NCBI GenBank assembly: GCA_965224245.1
Contig: OZ245046.1
Span: 4,032,001-4,096,000, forward strand
From: Candidatus Eiseniibacteriota bacterium
GTDB taxonomy: Bacteria; Eisenbacteria; RBG-16-71-46; CAZAMP01
Length of the DNA: 64,000 nucleotides
Direction of reading: 5' to 3'
Shown here: piece after piece, positions 1 through 9,574 of the stretch
How positions within the stretch are numbered: the stretch's first letter is position 1
Layout of the letters: the number at the start of each line of letters is the position of its first letter
The notes under the pieces: generated by a model
Told to the model about the DNA's origin: nothing
Databases searched by the model: none
The model's input: the letters and a program-made list of their open reading frames with translations, nothing else
Position numbers and translations under genes: made by a program

Positions 1-864
1 GGTGCGGTCGGAACGTCGGGGCCGCTCCTCTACGGCTCGTACCTGATGGCCGCGTACGGCGCGGGGCTCGGCGTCCCGTTCCTCGTGGTCGGACTGTTCT
101 CGGCGCGATCGATGGCGAAGCCCGGCTCGTGGATGACCTACGTGCGCATCGCTCTGGGCGTGATCATCCTGTATTTCGCGTACGACTACTTCAAGAAGGC
201 CATGGGCACCTGGGGCGTCGACGTCGCGCTGGCCAAGTCGATGGTGCTCGGCATCGTGCTGATCTTCCTGGCCGTCATGTGGGGGGCGTTCCGCACCCGG
301 ATCGAGGACGGCCCCCACGCGGGCTGGCACAAGGTCCGCCTGGCCACCACGATCATCATGCTGATCGTGGGCGTGTTCTGCCTGTGGACGAGCCTCAGCC
401 GGTCGGGCCTGATCGCCGGCGGCCCCATCGCCACCTCCGCGCCTCACACCGAGGTCGCCGAGTCGGCGCCGGGAACCGAGGACTCGCACGGGCTCGTCTG
501 GTATCGCGACTTCGAGCTGGCGATGTCCGACGCGCGCGCGTCCAACCTGCCGGTGTTCGTCGACTTCTATGCGAACTGGTGCGCCAACTGCAAGGTGTTC
601 AGCAAGCAGGCCGCCGAGGAAGGCCCGCTCCGGGCCGCGCTGGAGAGCGTCGTGATCGCCAAGGTGTACGACACCGACGACGTCTACGACCGGCTCTCGG
701 CCGATCCGGACTTCGCCGAGCTCAAGCGCGACTTCCTGCCGTTCTTCGCGATCCTCTCGTCCGACGGCGAGCTCCTGTGGAAGGGCAGCGACTACAAGGC
801 GCACGACGTGTTCATCCGCGAGCTCGAACGCGCCAAGACGCTCGAGCTCGAGGGCGTATCGTAG
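1..864 (+). CDS. dsbD: DsbD/CcdA-type thiol:disulfide interchange protein, 5'-truncated (TM helices plus C-terminal thioredoxin)
   Basis: Frame is open from base 1. 'GLGVPFL...KPGSWM' TM region followed by thioredoxin 'PVFVDFYANWCANCK'. Confidence 0.85.
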   Translation, partial: GAVGTSGPLLYGSYLMAAYGAGLGVPFLVVGLFSARSMAKPGSWMTYVRIALGVIILYFAYDYFKKAMGTWGVDVALAKSMVLGIVLIFLAVMWGAFRTRIEDGPHAGWHKVRLATTIIMLIVGVFCLWTSLSRSGLIAGGPIATSAPHTEVAESAPGTEDSHGLVWYRDFELAMSDARASNLPVFVDFYANWCANCKVFSKQAAEEGPLRAALESVVIAKVYDTDDVYDRLSADPDFAELKRDFLPFFAILSSDGELLWKGSDYKAHDVFIRELERAKTLELEGVS

Positions 865-2853
865 TCAGTCGACCACCACGCAGGCGAGCGGCTCGCGATT
901 CGCATCCGCGGCCGCCCGCAGAATCTCGCGGATCCGCGGGTACGATCCCGCCCCGAACGTCGGCGCCTCGACGTTGAACACCTCGTGCACCGTCACCGAG
1001 CCGTCGACCGCCGACACCCTCCGGACGTAGCGGAGCAGACTGGCCTGACCGATCCCCCGCTCGTCCGGTGCCTCGACGCGGGTGACGGACTCGGGGAGCG
1101 AGATCGTCGTGTCGATCGTGTAGCGACAGGCGTAGCCGAAGTCGACCGGTGTGCGACGCGGGCGATCGGGCAGCTCCACCGCCCACACCGCGGGGGTCAC
1201 GACCGACGTCTCGAGCAGCCACACACCGCCGGCGTCGGAGAGGAAGCCCTGCGCGTCGAAGGACGCGGTGACCTGGACCCGTCCGTCGGTGCGCTCGGCA
1301 CAGGTGAGCGACCCCAGCGACAGCCGCTCGTCCAGGCCGACCAGCGCGTCGAGCGCGTCCACGATGTCGTCCACCCGCTCGGGCAACACGGTGTCCGCGT
1401 GCCGGAAGGCCCCCGTGGCCAGCCCCGTGACCATGACGCCGATCTCACCGGCCAGGGTACCGTCGGCGTCGGCGGCCGCGTCGACGGTCACGCTCACCGC
1501 CGGGTCGCCGCCGCGATCGCTCGGAAGCTGCGCCGCCACGAGCCGATCGAGGAGCACGCCGCTCGACCCGGCGACCTCGGGACCGAGCAGACCCACCGGC
1601 GTACCGACGTCGGCCACGTCGATGAGTCCACCTCCCCAGTCGGATTGCGGATCGAGCTCGGGCACGTAGAGCAGGACGTAGTTGAAGAGGTTCGGATTGA
1701 AGACCCGGGTCTCCCGTCGGCCACGCCCCAGCCGATGCACCCCGACCGGAACCGCGCCGATGTCGAGCTCGCTCAGGATCGCGGCCACGATTCCGCACAG
1801 GTCCGACGGGAGGGCCAGGTCCTCCAGCTCGGACGGAGGTCTCGGCTCGAACAGCGCCCAGGACGCCCAGTCCACCACGTCCCAGCGCGATCGCGCCCAC
1901 CTGACGGCGCCCTGGACCTTCTCGAGCGTCGACGGACGCGCCGCGAGGGAGGCGGCGATCTCGGCCACCTCCGGCCGCATGGCCTCCACCGCGGGCCGGA
2001 ACTCGTCTTCCACGTACCACTCCGCAGCGTCCAGGGCGCTGAACTCGGCCGCGTCCAGCCCGACGATCACCGCCTCTCCCATCCGATCGGCGGGCGGTGA
2101 GAGCGGCTCGACCGACATCCCGGGGCGGTTCGTCCACGTCCACGTGTGCACCCGCGTCTCGCCCTCGACGCGCATCTCCGGCGTCGCACCCGGCGGACCG
2201 TAGACTCTCCAGTCGTCGAGAAACTCCCGCTTCGCCGTCTCGAGCGGCGTCATGCGACCGGCGCGCGGAGCGGGCTCTCGATACTCGAAGCGCCCTTCCA
2301 GGCAGGGAAACGGGAGATCGAGATCCGCCTCGTAGTACGGAAGACCGCCCCGCCCCGCGTAGAGCTCGTACGAGATCTCGATGATGACCCGATCCTCGAA
2401 GTTCGGGATCGCGAAGCGCCAGCGATGGAGTCCGGGCACGACCTGCTCGCGGTACACCTCGTCGGACGAGAGCTCGCGCGCGGTCTTGTCGACGGCGTCG
2501 GTGACGATGACGGTGAGATCCTCGTACTGGGCGCCGAGCACCTCGGTGAGCGACCAGGTTCGGAGCGGTTCGGCCTTCTCGGCGTCGAGGATGGCCACCG
2601 CGACGTACCGCTCCAGCTCCGAGTCGAAGTTGCGCGCCGCCGAGTTCCACCGCAGGGCCATCGTGTTGTGGTTCTTCAGGTAGACGGCCCCGGCCTCGGC
2701 GTGCTCGGCCTCCAGCGTCTCCCAGAACGCGTCGCTGGTTCGATAGGCTCGGACGGTCTCCGTCCGCTTGCGCCGCCGCGGCGCGGCGTCCGCGAGATCG
2801 GCCACGACGGCGAGCAGCGCCACCAGCGTGGGCAGCCATACCTTCCACGACAT
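865..2853 (-). CDS. Exported DUF3857/transglutaminase-like/DUF3858 protein, probably catalytically inactive
   Basis: Start moved to ATG 2853 (MSWKVWLPTLVALLA signal peptide, GAGGGG upstream). Same layout as the neighbouring gene, but the GDC motif is lost and FxH reads 'FNYVLL'. Confidence 0.75.
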   Translation of the reverse strand: MSWKVWLPTLVALLAVVADLADAAPRRRKRTETVRAYRTSDAFWETLEAEHAEAGAVYLKNHNTMALRWNSAARNFDSELERYVAVAILDAEKAEPLRTWSLTEVLGAQYEDLTVIVTDAVDKTARELSSDEVYREQVVPGLHRWRFAIPNFEDRVIIEISYELYAGRGGLPYYEADLDLPFPCLEGRFEYREPAPRAGRMTPLETAKREFLDDWRVYGPPGATPEMRVEGETRVHTWTWTNRPGMSVEPLSPPADRMGEAVIVGLDAAEFSALDAAEWYVEDEFRPAVEAMRPEVAEIAASLAARPSTLEKVQGAVRWARSRWDVVDWASWALFEPRPPSELEDLALPSDLCGIVAAILSELDIGAVPVGVHRLGRGRRETRVFNPNLFNYVLLYVPELDPQSDWGGGLIDVADVGTPVGLLGPEVAGSSGVLLDRLVAAQLPSDRGGDPAVSVTVDAAADADGTLAGEIGVMVTGLATGAFRHADTVLPERVDDIVDALDALVGLDERLSLGSLTCAERTDGRVQVTASFDAQGFLSDAGGVWLLETSVVTPAVWAVELPDRPRRTPVDFGYACRYTIDTTISLPESVTRVEAPDERGIGQASLLRYVRRVSAVDGSVTVHEVFNVEAPTFGAGSYPRIREILRAAADANREPLACVVVD

Positions 2854-2879
2854 CCTCGCGACCCCCTCGTCCGACGTCC

Positions 2880-4727
2880 TCACCGGAGACTCTCGAGCGG
2901 CGGTATGCCCCCGCGTCGCTGCCGCACCCGAGTCGCGGCTCGGTGCGAGGCGCTGAAGTCTCCCGGCACGACCTCGAGAGCCTCCACCCGGAGCTCTCGA
3001 GATAGGTCCAGGGAGCCTCCGGCGAAGCGCCCCGTCATGCGGCCGGTCACGATCCCCCCGGACACGTCCGTGGCCACGCTGTCCCGCCCGGCCGGTCGCA
3101 GGGTGGCCGGCATCGCCAGCCGGACGCGCTCGTCGTAGAGCCGGCAGAACGTCGCTTCCTCGGCCCAGGCGCCCGTCGAATCCGGAAGGCCCCGCGGGAT
3201 CAGGTCGTTCAGAAACGACAGGTCCAGGCCGGCGCGGCTTCCGATCCGGCGCAGGACACGGGGGGCAGAGACCTCGAACGCGCCCACGATGTCGCCTGCC
3301 TCCTCGAGGAGCTCGACGACCCGGATCGACCCCGTTGCGCGCCCGCCGAGAATCGATCGCGTGGTCTCGCTCCAGCGCGACCGATCTCGAACGCGCTGGC
3401 CCCGGTACGCGAGCGCCTCCTGACCCGTGAGTCGCACGCGGAGCTCCGCGGTGAGCGAACCCTCCTCGTCGACGTGTCCTTCCAGCGTCACCACGCGCGT
3501 GTTCCGGTCCGGAGGATCGATCGGAGTCCGCACCAGGCCCCGACACTCCGGCGAGAGCGGCAGCACCAGTCGACCCTGGTCCCACCAGGGCAGCTCCGCC
3601 GGCGTCGACCGGTCGCTCGTGAGGTCCACCCACAGCGTGTCGCCGTCCACTTCGACCATCGTGATCACGTGATCGAACCCGAGCGCGACCGGCAGCTCGG
3701 GACGTGGCACGAAGTCGCTCGAGCGGGTCGCGATCAGGGCCGGCGATGCGCGGAGCCCCACCGCCTCCAGCGCACCCGTCAGGAGATTCGCCATCGCCTT
3801 GCAGTCGCCGTAGCCGCGATCCAGCGTCTCGTCCGCGGCCGGCGGAAACCACCCCCCGAGCCCTACCCACACCGCGACGTAGTGCAGGCGATCGTCGAGC
3901 GCGTCGATGACCTGGATCGCGGCCGCGCGCTCGGATGCGACACGCGCGGCGATGTCGTGGGCCAGCGCGGAGACGGACTCGGCGCGGCGCGCGTCGGCGT
4001 AGTCCGGCGCGAACACACCGGCCACGTCGCACCAGTCGAGGATGGGCCGTCCCATCACTCGACCGGCCGAGAGCCACAGTCTCCCGATGTCGTCGGCATC
4101 CGGACTGCACGTGGGCGGGTCGTGATACGTCCACGTCCATGTCGTGGAGTCGGGAGACACGTCCGGCGCGGGCACGTCGCCGGTGGTCAGCCAGCGGAAC
4201 GGATAGCCCGGCGGCACGACGAGCTCGAACTCGGCAACCGTCACCGGCCACTCCCGCGCGAACGCATGTCCCGGCAACCCCAGCACCGGCTCGTGCGTCT
4301 CCTCGACCACCACCGAGACCTCGTCTCCGGCGCGGGGCGAGAGTCGGTGCCAGACGTAGACCGCATCGGAGTACAGCGCGTAGTCGGCGTGAAGCGGGAG
4401 GCGCTCCGCATCGGACTTCGACCGATCGAGTCGCTCGACCCCGTCGTTGCGGACCTCGACGTCGAACGTCTCGAGGTCGATGAGCTGGCTCGTGTACGCA
4501 CCCGGCTCCGCGAGGGCTCCCACCCGATCGGGGTCGTGGATCCGATACGAACGGTTGCGCACGACGCGATAGGACTCCCCCCGATCATCGAGCTCGACGC
4601 GCACCCGATCCACGTCGATGACGGCCGCCGGATCGCCGGCCGTCGACGAGGATGCCGACGTGGACGCCAGCACGAGGAGGATCCCTGCCGAGACAACGTC
4701 GGCGAGCGCGTTCCTGACCGTCGACAT
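2880..4727 (-). CDS. DUF3857 plus transglutaminase-like (Cys-His-Asp) exported protein
   Basis: 'YGDCKAMANLL', 'FDHVITMV', 'WVDLT', 'ELPWWDQGR'. Start ATG 4727 precedes a signal-like segment. Confidence 0.85.
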   Translation of the reverse strand: MSTVRNALADVVSAGILLVLASTSASSSTAGDPAAVIDVDRVRVELDDRGESYRVVRNRSYRIHDPDRVGALAEPGAYTSQLIDLETFDVEVRNDGVERLDRSKSDAERLPLHADYALYSDAVYVWHRLSPRAGDEVSVVVEETHEPVLGLPGHAFAREWPVTVAEFELVVPPGYPFRWLTTGDVPAPDVSPDSTTWTWTYHDPPTCSPDADDIGRLWLSAGRVMGRPILDWCDVAGVFAPDYADARRAESVSALAHDIAARVASERAAAIQVIDALDDRLHYVAVWVGLGGWFPPAADETLDRGYGDCKAMANLLTGALEAVGLRASPALIATRSSDFVPRPELPVALGFDHVITMVEVDGDTLWVDLTSDRSTPAELPWWDQGRLVLPLSPECRGLVRTPIDPPDRNTRVVTLEGHVDEEGSLTAELRVRLTGQEALAYRGQRVRDRSRWSETTRSILGGRATGSIRVVELLEEAGDIVGAFEVSAPRVLRRIGSRAGLDLSFLNDLIPRGLPDSTGAWAEEATFCRLYDERVRLAMPATLRPAGRDSVATDVSGGIVTGRMTGRFAGGSLDLSRELRVEALEVVPGDFSASHRAATRVRQRRGGIPPLESLR

Positions 4728-4951
4728 CCGGGCTCCGGGTCCGTCGGGATGTGTGACCGGCATCGGCACACGGGCACGTCTCACGACGCGCATTCTAGAC
4801 GGGGAACGCGGGGATCACAGCCACCATCCACCCGATCGGCGCGACGTGTTCCTCGCGATCATCGCATGACCGGCCTTTTGGAAACCGAGTGACCGGGCTC
4901 GCCGGTATGGTCATCGACGTGCCATGGCCCTCGTCAGGAGACGACCCCACG

Positions 4952-6490
4952 ATGATGGAACGAGCCCGCCTGACCACCGCGTCCATGGTCCTGGTCGCAA
5001 TGGCCGCCATGCCCGCCGGAAGCGTCCGGGCCGACGCGTGCGAGGGCACCTGGGTGGGAGGCATCGAGCTCCCCGACCGCTACCTCTTCCTGGTGGCCGA
5101 TCTGGCCGGCGACGGCGCATCCGGAACGCTCGGGTTCGCCGACGGCGAACGTGCGTCGGTCACGATCGATGCGTGCACCGCCGACAGCGTCCGCCTCGCC
5201 ATCGAGGCGGACGGGACGGACTACGTCTTCCATGCTCGCCTCGCGGCGAACGAGATGGAGGGTCGCTTCTCTCCACGCGAGGACCCGGCCACCGCGTTCC
5301 CGTTCCGGCTGCATCGCCTGTACCCGGTGCGAACCGAGACGCTGGCCGCGCTCGAGGGGACCTACGTCTTCGACGATCACTCCCGGCTGAAGGTGAGAGC
5401 CGTGGGCTCGGGATACCTTCGAGCGTACGCCATGGACACCGGACGCTTTCGGAACCTCTACCCGGCGTCGGATGTCGACTTCCGCGAGGCGACCGACCTC
5501 TCCCGACCCGACGGTCAGGTCCGGGTCACGTTCGGGGCGGGCACGCTCGAGCACGGGACGAGAGGTCGTGCCCGCCGGGTGGAGAATCGACCTCTTCCCC
5601 CGTCCTGGACCCAGCAGGACGGCCGGACGGTGATCGAGCTGACGCCCGGGACCCACGTCGATCTGCTGCGCGTGACCGCCGGCGCGTTCGAGATGGGCTC
5701 GGCGATGACCGCACGAGAGGCAGAGCACCTGTTCGGACTCGATGACGGAACGATCCGTCGATTCGAGCACCCGGCCCGCCGAACCCGGATCACGAAGGAC
5801 TACTGGCTGGCCCGTTCCGAGGTCACGAACGCACAGTTTCGCGCCTTCGTCGACGAGGAGGCCTACATCACGACCGCGGAGCTCGAGGAATCGGGTCTCC
5901 TGTGGATCGACGGACAGTTCACGCGCGTCCCGGGTGCGAGCTGGCGACATCCGGGACGCGTCGTTCGGCCGAACGACCCGGTCGTGATGATCAGCTGGCG
6001 TGACGCGGCGGCGTTCTGCGACTGGCTGTCGCGACGAACCGGACGAGACGTCCGGCTTCCCACCGAGGCCGAGTGGGAGTACGCGTGCACCGACGGTCGT
6101 GACGCGCTGTACGGATACGGTGACGATCCGACGGCGCTCGCGCGCTACGCGTGGTACTCGGCGAACGCGGCGGGCGAGCCCCATGAGGTCGAGACGCGCG
6201 AACCCGACGCCCGGGGCTTCCACGACATGCACGGCAACGTCTGGGAGTGGTGCGCCGACTGGTATGCGGCGATCGACCCCACCGTGGACGCCGTGGATCC
6301 GACGGGTCCCGAGCACGGTGACGAGAAGGTGATCCGCGGCGGCAGCTGGATCAACGGTGCGTTCGACTGCCGCTCCAGCTACCGGGCACACGACGACCCG
6401 GGGCTCGCCGAGCCACACTTCGGCTTCCGGATCTGTGCGACCGCTCTGGACGACGGTCGCTCGAGTGGCCGGACGGACACCGGCCGCTAG
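4952..6490 (+). CDS. Exported FGE-sulfatase (SUMF1-like) domain protein
   Basis: AGGAG RBS at 4936. Motifs 'FEMGS', 'EVTNAQF', 'RLPTEAEWEYA', 'DMHGNVWEW', 'RGGSW', 'GFR'. Confidence 0.9.
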   Translation: MMERARLTTASMVLVAMAAMPAGSVRADACEGTWVGGIELPDRYLFLVADLAGDGASGTLGFADGERASVTIDACTADSVRLAIEADGTDYVFHARLAANEMEGRFSPREDPATAFPFRLHRLYPVRTETLAALEGTYVFDDHSRLKVRAVGSGYLRAYAMDTGRFRNLYPASDVDFREATDLSRPDGQVRVTFGAGTLEHGTRGRARRVENRPLPPSWTQQDGRTVIELTPGTHVDLLRVTAGAFEMGSAMTAREAEHLFGLDDGTIRRFEHPARRTRITKDYWLARSEVTNAQFRAFVDEEAYITTAELEESGLLWIDGQFTRVPGASWRHPGRVVRPNDPVVMISWRDAAAFCDWLSRRTGRDVRLPTEAEWEYACTDGRDALYGYGDDPTALARYAWYSANAAGEPHEVETREPDARGFHDMHGNVWEWCADWYAAIDPTVDAVDPTGPEHGDEKVIRGGSWINGAFDCRSSYRAHDDPGLAEPHFGFRICATALDDGRSSGRTDTGR

Positions 6491-7215
6491 TCGTCGCCGC
6501 GACGCACGCGAACCCGCATCACCGCGCCGCGATGCCAGTCCGCGTGAAGCGGCGCCGACACGAACGCGTCGGTGTGCGTCTCCGCGAGCGCTCTCGCCTG
6601 AGCGTCGTGGTCGTCGCGCGCGACGAAGACCAGGAGCTCGCCCCCCGGCGCCAGAAACGGACGCGCGAGGGGCCACACGACGTCGGGTGGCGCGACCGCA
6701 CGCGACGTCACGAGATCGCAGGCTCCGGCCAGCTCTCGATCGCCGGCGGCGTCCTCGGCCCGCTCCCGGCGCACGTGCACGTTCGGCAGTCGATCGGCCA
6801 TCGCGGTCAGGAAGAGCGTCTTCCGTCGAAGGGGCTCCAGGAGCGTGACGTCCCAGGCGGGCCGCGCCGCCGCCAGCACGATGCCGGGCAGTCCACCGCC
6901 GGAGCCGATGTCGAGCACGCGGCGCGTCACGTCCAGACCGGCCGGATCGACCCGTAGCGGCACCAGCGATGCGGCCAGATGCTTGTCGACGAGGCGCGAG
7001 AGCTCGACGCGGCTCACCAGATTCACGCGCGACGACCACGCGACGAGCGCCTCGGCGTACGCGAGCAGCCGCTCGTGCGTCGAGTTCGCCACCACGACGC
7101 CGCTTCGGGTCACGGCGGCGAGCAGCGCGTCCAGCTCGGTGGGAAACGCCGACGTGTCGATCGCGGCCCGCGCCCCGGGGAATCGCCTCGGGTCACGGCG
7201 TCGCGAGCCGCTCAC
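6487..7215 (-). CDS. rsmG: 16S rRNA m7G527 methyltransferase RsmG (GidB)
   Basis: 'WSSRVNLVS', 'KHLAAS', 'LDIGSGGGLPGI', 'LLEPLRRKTLFL', 'RAED', 'TSRAVA'. GTG start overlaps the upstream stop (GTGA at 7215-7212). Confidence 0.9.
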   Translation of the reverse strand: MSGSRRRDPRRFPGARAAIDTSAFPTELDALLAAVTRSGVVVANSTHERLLAYAEALVAWSSRVNLVSRVELSRLVDKHLAASLVPLRVDPAGLDVTRRVLDIGSGGGLPGIVLAAARPAWDVTLLEPLRRKTLFLTAMADRLPNVHVRRERAEDAAGDRELAGACDLVTSRAVAPPDVVWPLARPFLAPGGELLVFVARDDHDAQARALAETHTDAFVSAPLHADWHRGAVMRVRVRRGDD

Positions 7216-8663
7216 GCGCCGGGCTCGTGAGGCTCGTCGTCCGCGAGCGCCTCGCCGAGCTCGGCGATCTTCCGCCACAGCGTGGTGCGCGAGACTCCGA
7301 GCATCTCGGCGGCGCGGGTGCGGCTGCCGTCGCACGCGCGGAGCGCATCGCGAATCTGCTCGATGGAGAGCGTCTTCTTCGGCCGACCACGCTTGCCCTG
7401 GGCCGCGATCGGAACCCGGGGACGGGTGAGGGGGCTCGACGGCATCCCTCCCTCGGACAGGTGCACCGGCAGGTCGGCCAGGCGAAGCTCGGTGCCGCCC
7501 GAGATGTGGCGGGCCGATTCGGCGAGCTCGTGAAGCTCGTCGACGTCGCCCGGCCATCGATACGCCTGGAGCACGTGGGCCGCGTCCGGGCTGATCGTCT
7601 GGAACGCACGAAGCCCGGCGCGCGGGCGGCGCAGCCACCGGCTCAGCACCGGCAGCACGTCCTGTCGCCGATCCACGAGCGCGGGGATCGTGAACACGTC
7701 GGCCCCGGCCTCTTCCGCGAGCTGCGTCACGATCGGCGCGTCGTGCACCGCGCTCACATACAATGGTGGGCCGTCCCGCTCGCGCCGGACGAGCGCGCCG
7801 GCGATCGCGACCAGGAGCTCCCGTGCCTCGCGTCGCCCCAGATCGATGCGCCGGACGACCACGCCGCTCTGCTCGCGCGTGGTCCCGGTGTAGACCTCCT
7901 CCAGGGACGCTCGAAAGGACGGAGTCGGTTCGAGCTCACCGTCGATCCGGACCATCGTGCCGCCGAGCCCACGCGAGCGGTGAACGAGGTCGAGGAACAG
8001 GTCCAGCCGTGCCGAGTCGGGACCGGCCACGCACAGCGGTGAGCGCCTCGGGCGCACCCAGTCGAGAAAGCGCACGAGCCGATCCGCGGTCCGGCCCGCG
8101 TCGGGCACCGCGAGCGCGTCGAAGGCGAGCGTGCGAACGTCGAGCATGGGGTTCGTCGCCGACACCTCCGACGCACCGCCATGAGAAGGGGGCGTGGCCG
8201 GCCCCGGCGCGGCCGATGTCGCGCCGAGCTCGTCCGGCCGGGAGGGGTCGCCGGACCCGGCGCCGGCGGGCTCCCCTGCGCCGGCGCCCACGCCGACCCG
8301 GAACCCCACGTGGAGCGCGAAGCCCTGTCCTTCGGCCACGATGCGCGCGTCGGCGGTCGCCGGGACCACGGAGCCATCGGCCTTGCGGAGCGTGACCCGC
8401 TCGGGGCCGACGTGTCCGCGTCCGAGGACCGCCTGGAAGAACGCGATGCGCTCCTGCTGATCGGCGAACAGGCGAGAGGCGAGAACCAGCAGAGTCAGTC
8501 GTTCCGGGGCTTGCCAGAGCGCCGGCTCGAAGCCCCACTCGAGGAGCGGACCGGGCTCGATCCGCCGGAGCGGGGCCTGCATGAGCGTGTCCGGCCGAAG
8601 TGAGGACTCGGTTTCTACACGAATCACCGAAGCACGATCCCTGGCCACGGTGTGATCGTTCAC
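7212..8663 (-). CDS. Fis-HTH regulator derived from a sigma54 activator, with degenerate AAA+ core and PAS-like N-terminus
   Basis: 'AYRWPGDVDEL...LADLP' and HTH_8 'ALRACDGSRTRAAEMLGVSRTTLWRKI'. Walker A/B and GAFTGA are not recognisable. 'LRKADGSVVP' resembles a PAC motif. Confidence 0.75.
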   Translation of the reverse strand: MNDHTVARDRASVIRVETESSLRPDTLMQAPLRRIEPGPLLEWGFEPALWQAPERLTLLVLASRLFADQQERIAFFQAVLGRGHVGPERVTLRKADGSVVPATADARIVAEGQGFALHVGFRVGVGAGAGEPAGAGSGDPSRPDELGATSAAPGPATPPSHGGASEVSATNPMLDVRTLAFDALAVPDAGRTADRLVRFLDWVRPRRSPLCVAGPDSARLDLFLDLVHRSRGLGGTMVRIDGELEPTPSFRASLEEVYTGTTREQSGVVVRRIDLGRREARELLVAIAGALVRRERDGPPLYVSAVHDAPIVTQLAEEAGADVFTIPALVDRRQDVLPVLSRWLRRPRAGLRAFQTISPDAAHVLQAYRWPGDVDELHELAESARHISGGTELRLADLPVHLSEGGMPSSPLTRPRVPIAAQGKRGRPKKTLSIEQIRDALRACDGSRTRAAEMLGVSRTTLWRKIAELGEALADDEPHEPGA

Positions 8664-8756
8664 GACCCCCGGAACGGGTCGAGGTCAAGCTCAAGCGTCA
8701 TGTCGGCAACGACTTATCAGAGAAGAGCCCCGGGTGACAACCGAAAGCTTCGGACA

Positions 8757-8895
8757 AACGAAAAGGGTGGTCGCCCGTAGCTCAGGAGACTGCGACCACC
8801 CCCAGAAAGACCGGATCAGCACGGCGGCAGGGAGGGCAGATGCTCTGAGGCGCTGCCCAGCCCCGCCACCGCCTGGTTATTTCTTCGTTCGACCG
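8757..8895 (-). ncRNA. Candidate structured sRNA or attenuator leader (about 140 nt)
   Basis: Long hairpin at 8823-8870 whose two mismatches become G-U pairs only on the minus strand, then a terminator. Upstream A-tract and TTGATT-N17-TAGAAA. Confidence 0.45.
8761..8801 (-). terminator. Intrinsic terminator on the minus strand
   Basis: 10-bp perfect stem GGGTGGTCGC (8765-8774)/GCGACCACCC (8792-8801), followed on the minus strand by TTTTCGTTTG. Confidence 0.7.
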
Positions 8896-9067
8896 GAGCG
8901 ATTTCTAAATGTTTCACAACAGTAAATCAAGTTTTTTTTCTGCTTGGCCCGCCCGCGGACCGGACACCGTCCAACTCATTGTCCAGCAATCGATTGAGTC
9001 GTATCTGGGGTCCCCGATGCGGCACCTCGCCGGCGGGACATGGTCGCGAAATGTATCTGAAACGGCT

Positions 9068-9574
9068 TCAGCCGACCAGGCGGGCGCTGGCGGTCACGAG
9101 CGCGCCGGCGAGCAGGCCGGCCAGAACGTCGTCGGCGACCCGCGCCCGGCCCCCCTGCCACTCGGCCACCCGGGAGACGGGCCAGACCGGTCGCACGGCC
9201 AGGAGCAGGTAGGCGGCGGTGGTCAGGACGAGCGGGGTGAACCCGTCGGGGACCGGCAAGAGGGCGACCCACATGCCGGCCCACCGATCCGCCACACAGG
9301 GCGTGGAGCCGGACGGGCGGGATCCGGCGGGCACCGATCCCTCTCCCTCGCGCGTACCGGCGCCGGCGTCCGCATCGAGGACGATCCGGGCCGACACGTC
9401 GGCCAGGGCGACCGCGATCAGCACGACGATCACGCGTGCCGCCGGGGACGCCGGCAACAGACCGAACGTCGCCGCGGCCACGAGGATCGTCATCAGCATC
9501 GGACGGCGCGAGTAGGCGCCGATGGGACCGACCGCGCTGACGGCGCGGGCGATGGAGAGGAGGCTCGGCGTCAC
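9068..9574 (-). CDS. Phosphatidylglycerophosphatase A (PgpA)-like membrane protein, degenerate active site
   Basis: 'VADRWAGMWVAL', 'VWPVSRVAEWQGGRARVADDVLAG' align with PgpA motifs. GTGA overlap with the upstream GT4. Confidence 0.65.
   Translation of the reverse strand: MTPSLLSIARAVSAVGPIGAYSRRPMLMTILVAAATFGLLPASPAARVIVVLIAVALADVSARIVLDADAGAGTREGEGSVPAGSRPSGSTPCVADRWAGMWVALLPVPDGFTPLVLTTAAYLLLAVRPVWPVSRVAEWQGGRARVADDVLAGLLAGALVTASARLVG

Noticed and set aside
2880-2960. Possible indels near the C-terminus of the transglutaminase gene
   Set aside because: The tail looks atypical, but the frame is open with a plausible stop; this cannot be supported without homologues or reads.
2854-4251. 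N-terminal 466 aa of the 1128-aa ORF
   Set aside because: Arg/Gly/Pro-rich shadow frame overlapping the real 2880-4727 gene; the signal peptide begins at 2853.
4952-6490. FGE-domain protein as the maturase for the sulfatase, or as a DGR target
   Set aside because: It lacks the catalytic two-Cys motif, the sulfatase has Thr, and no reverse transcriptase or template repeat is visible in the window.
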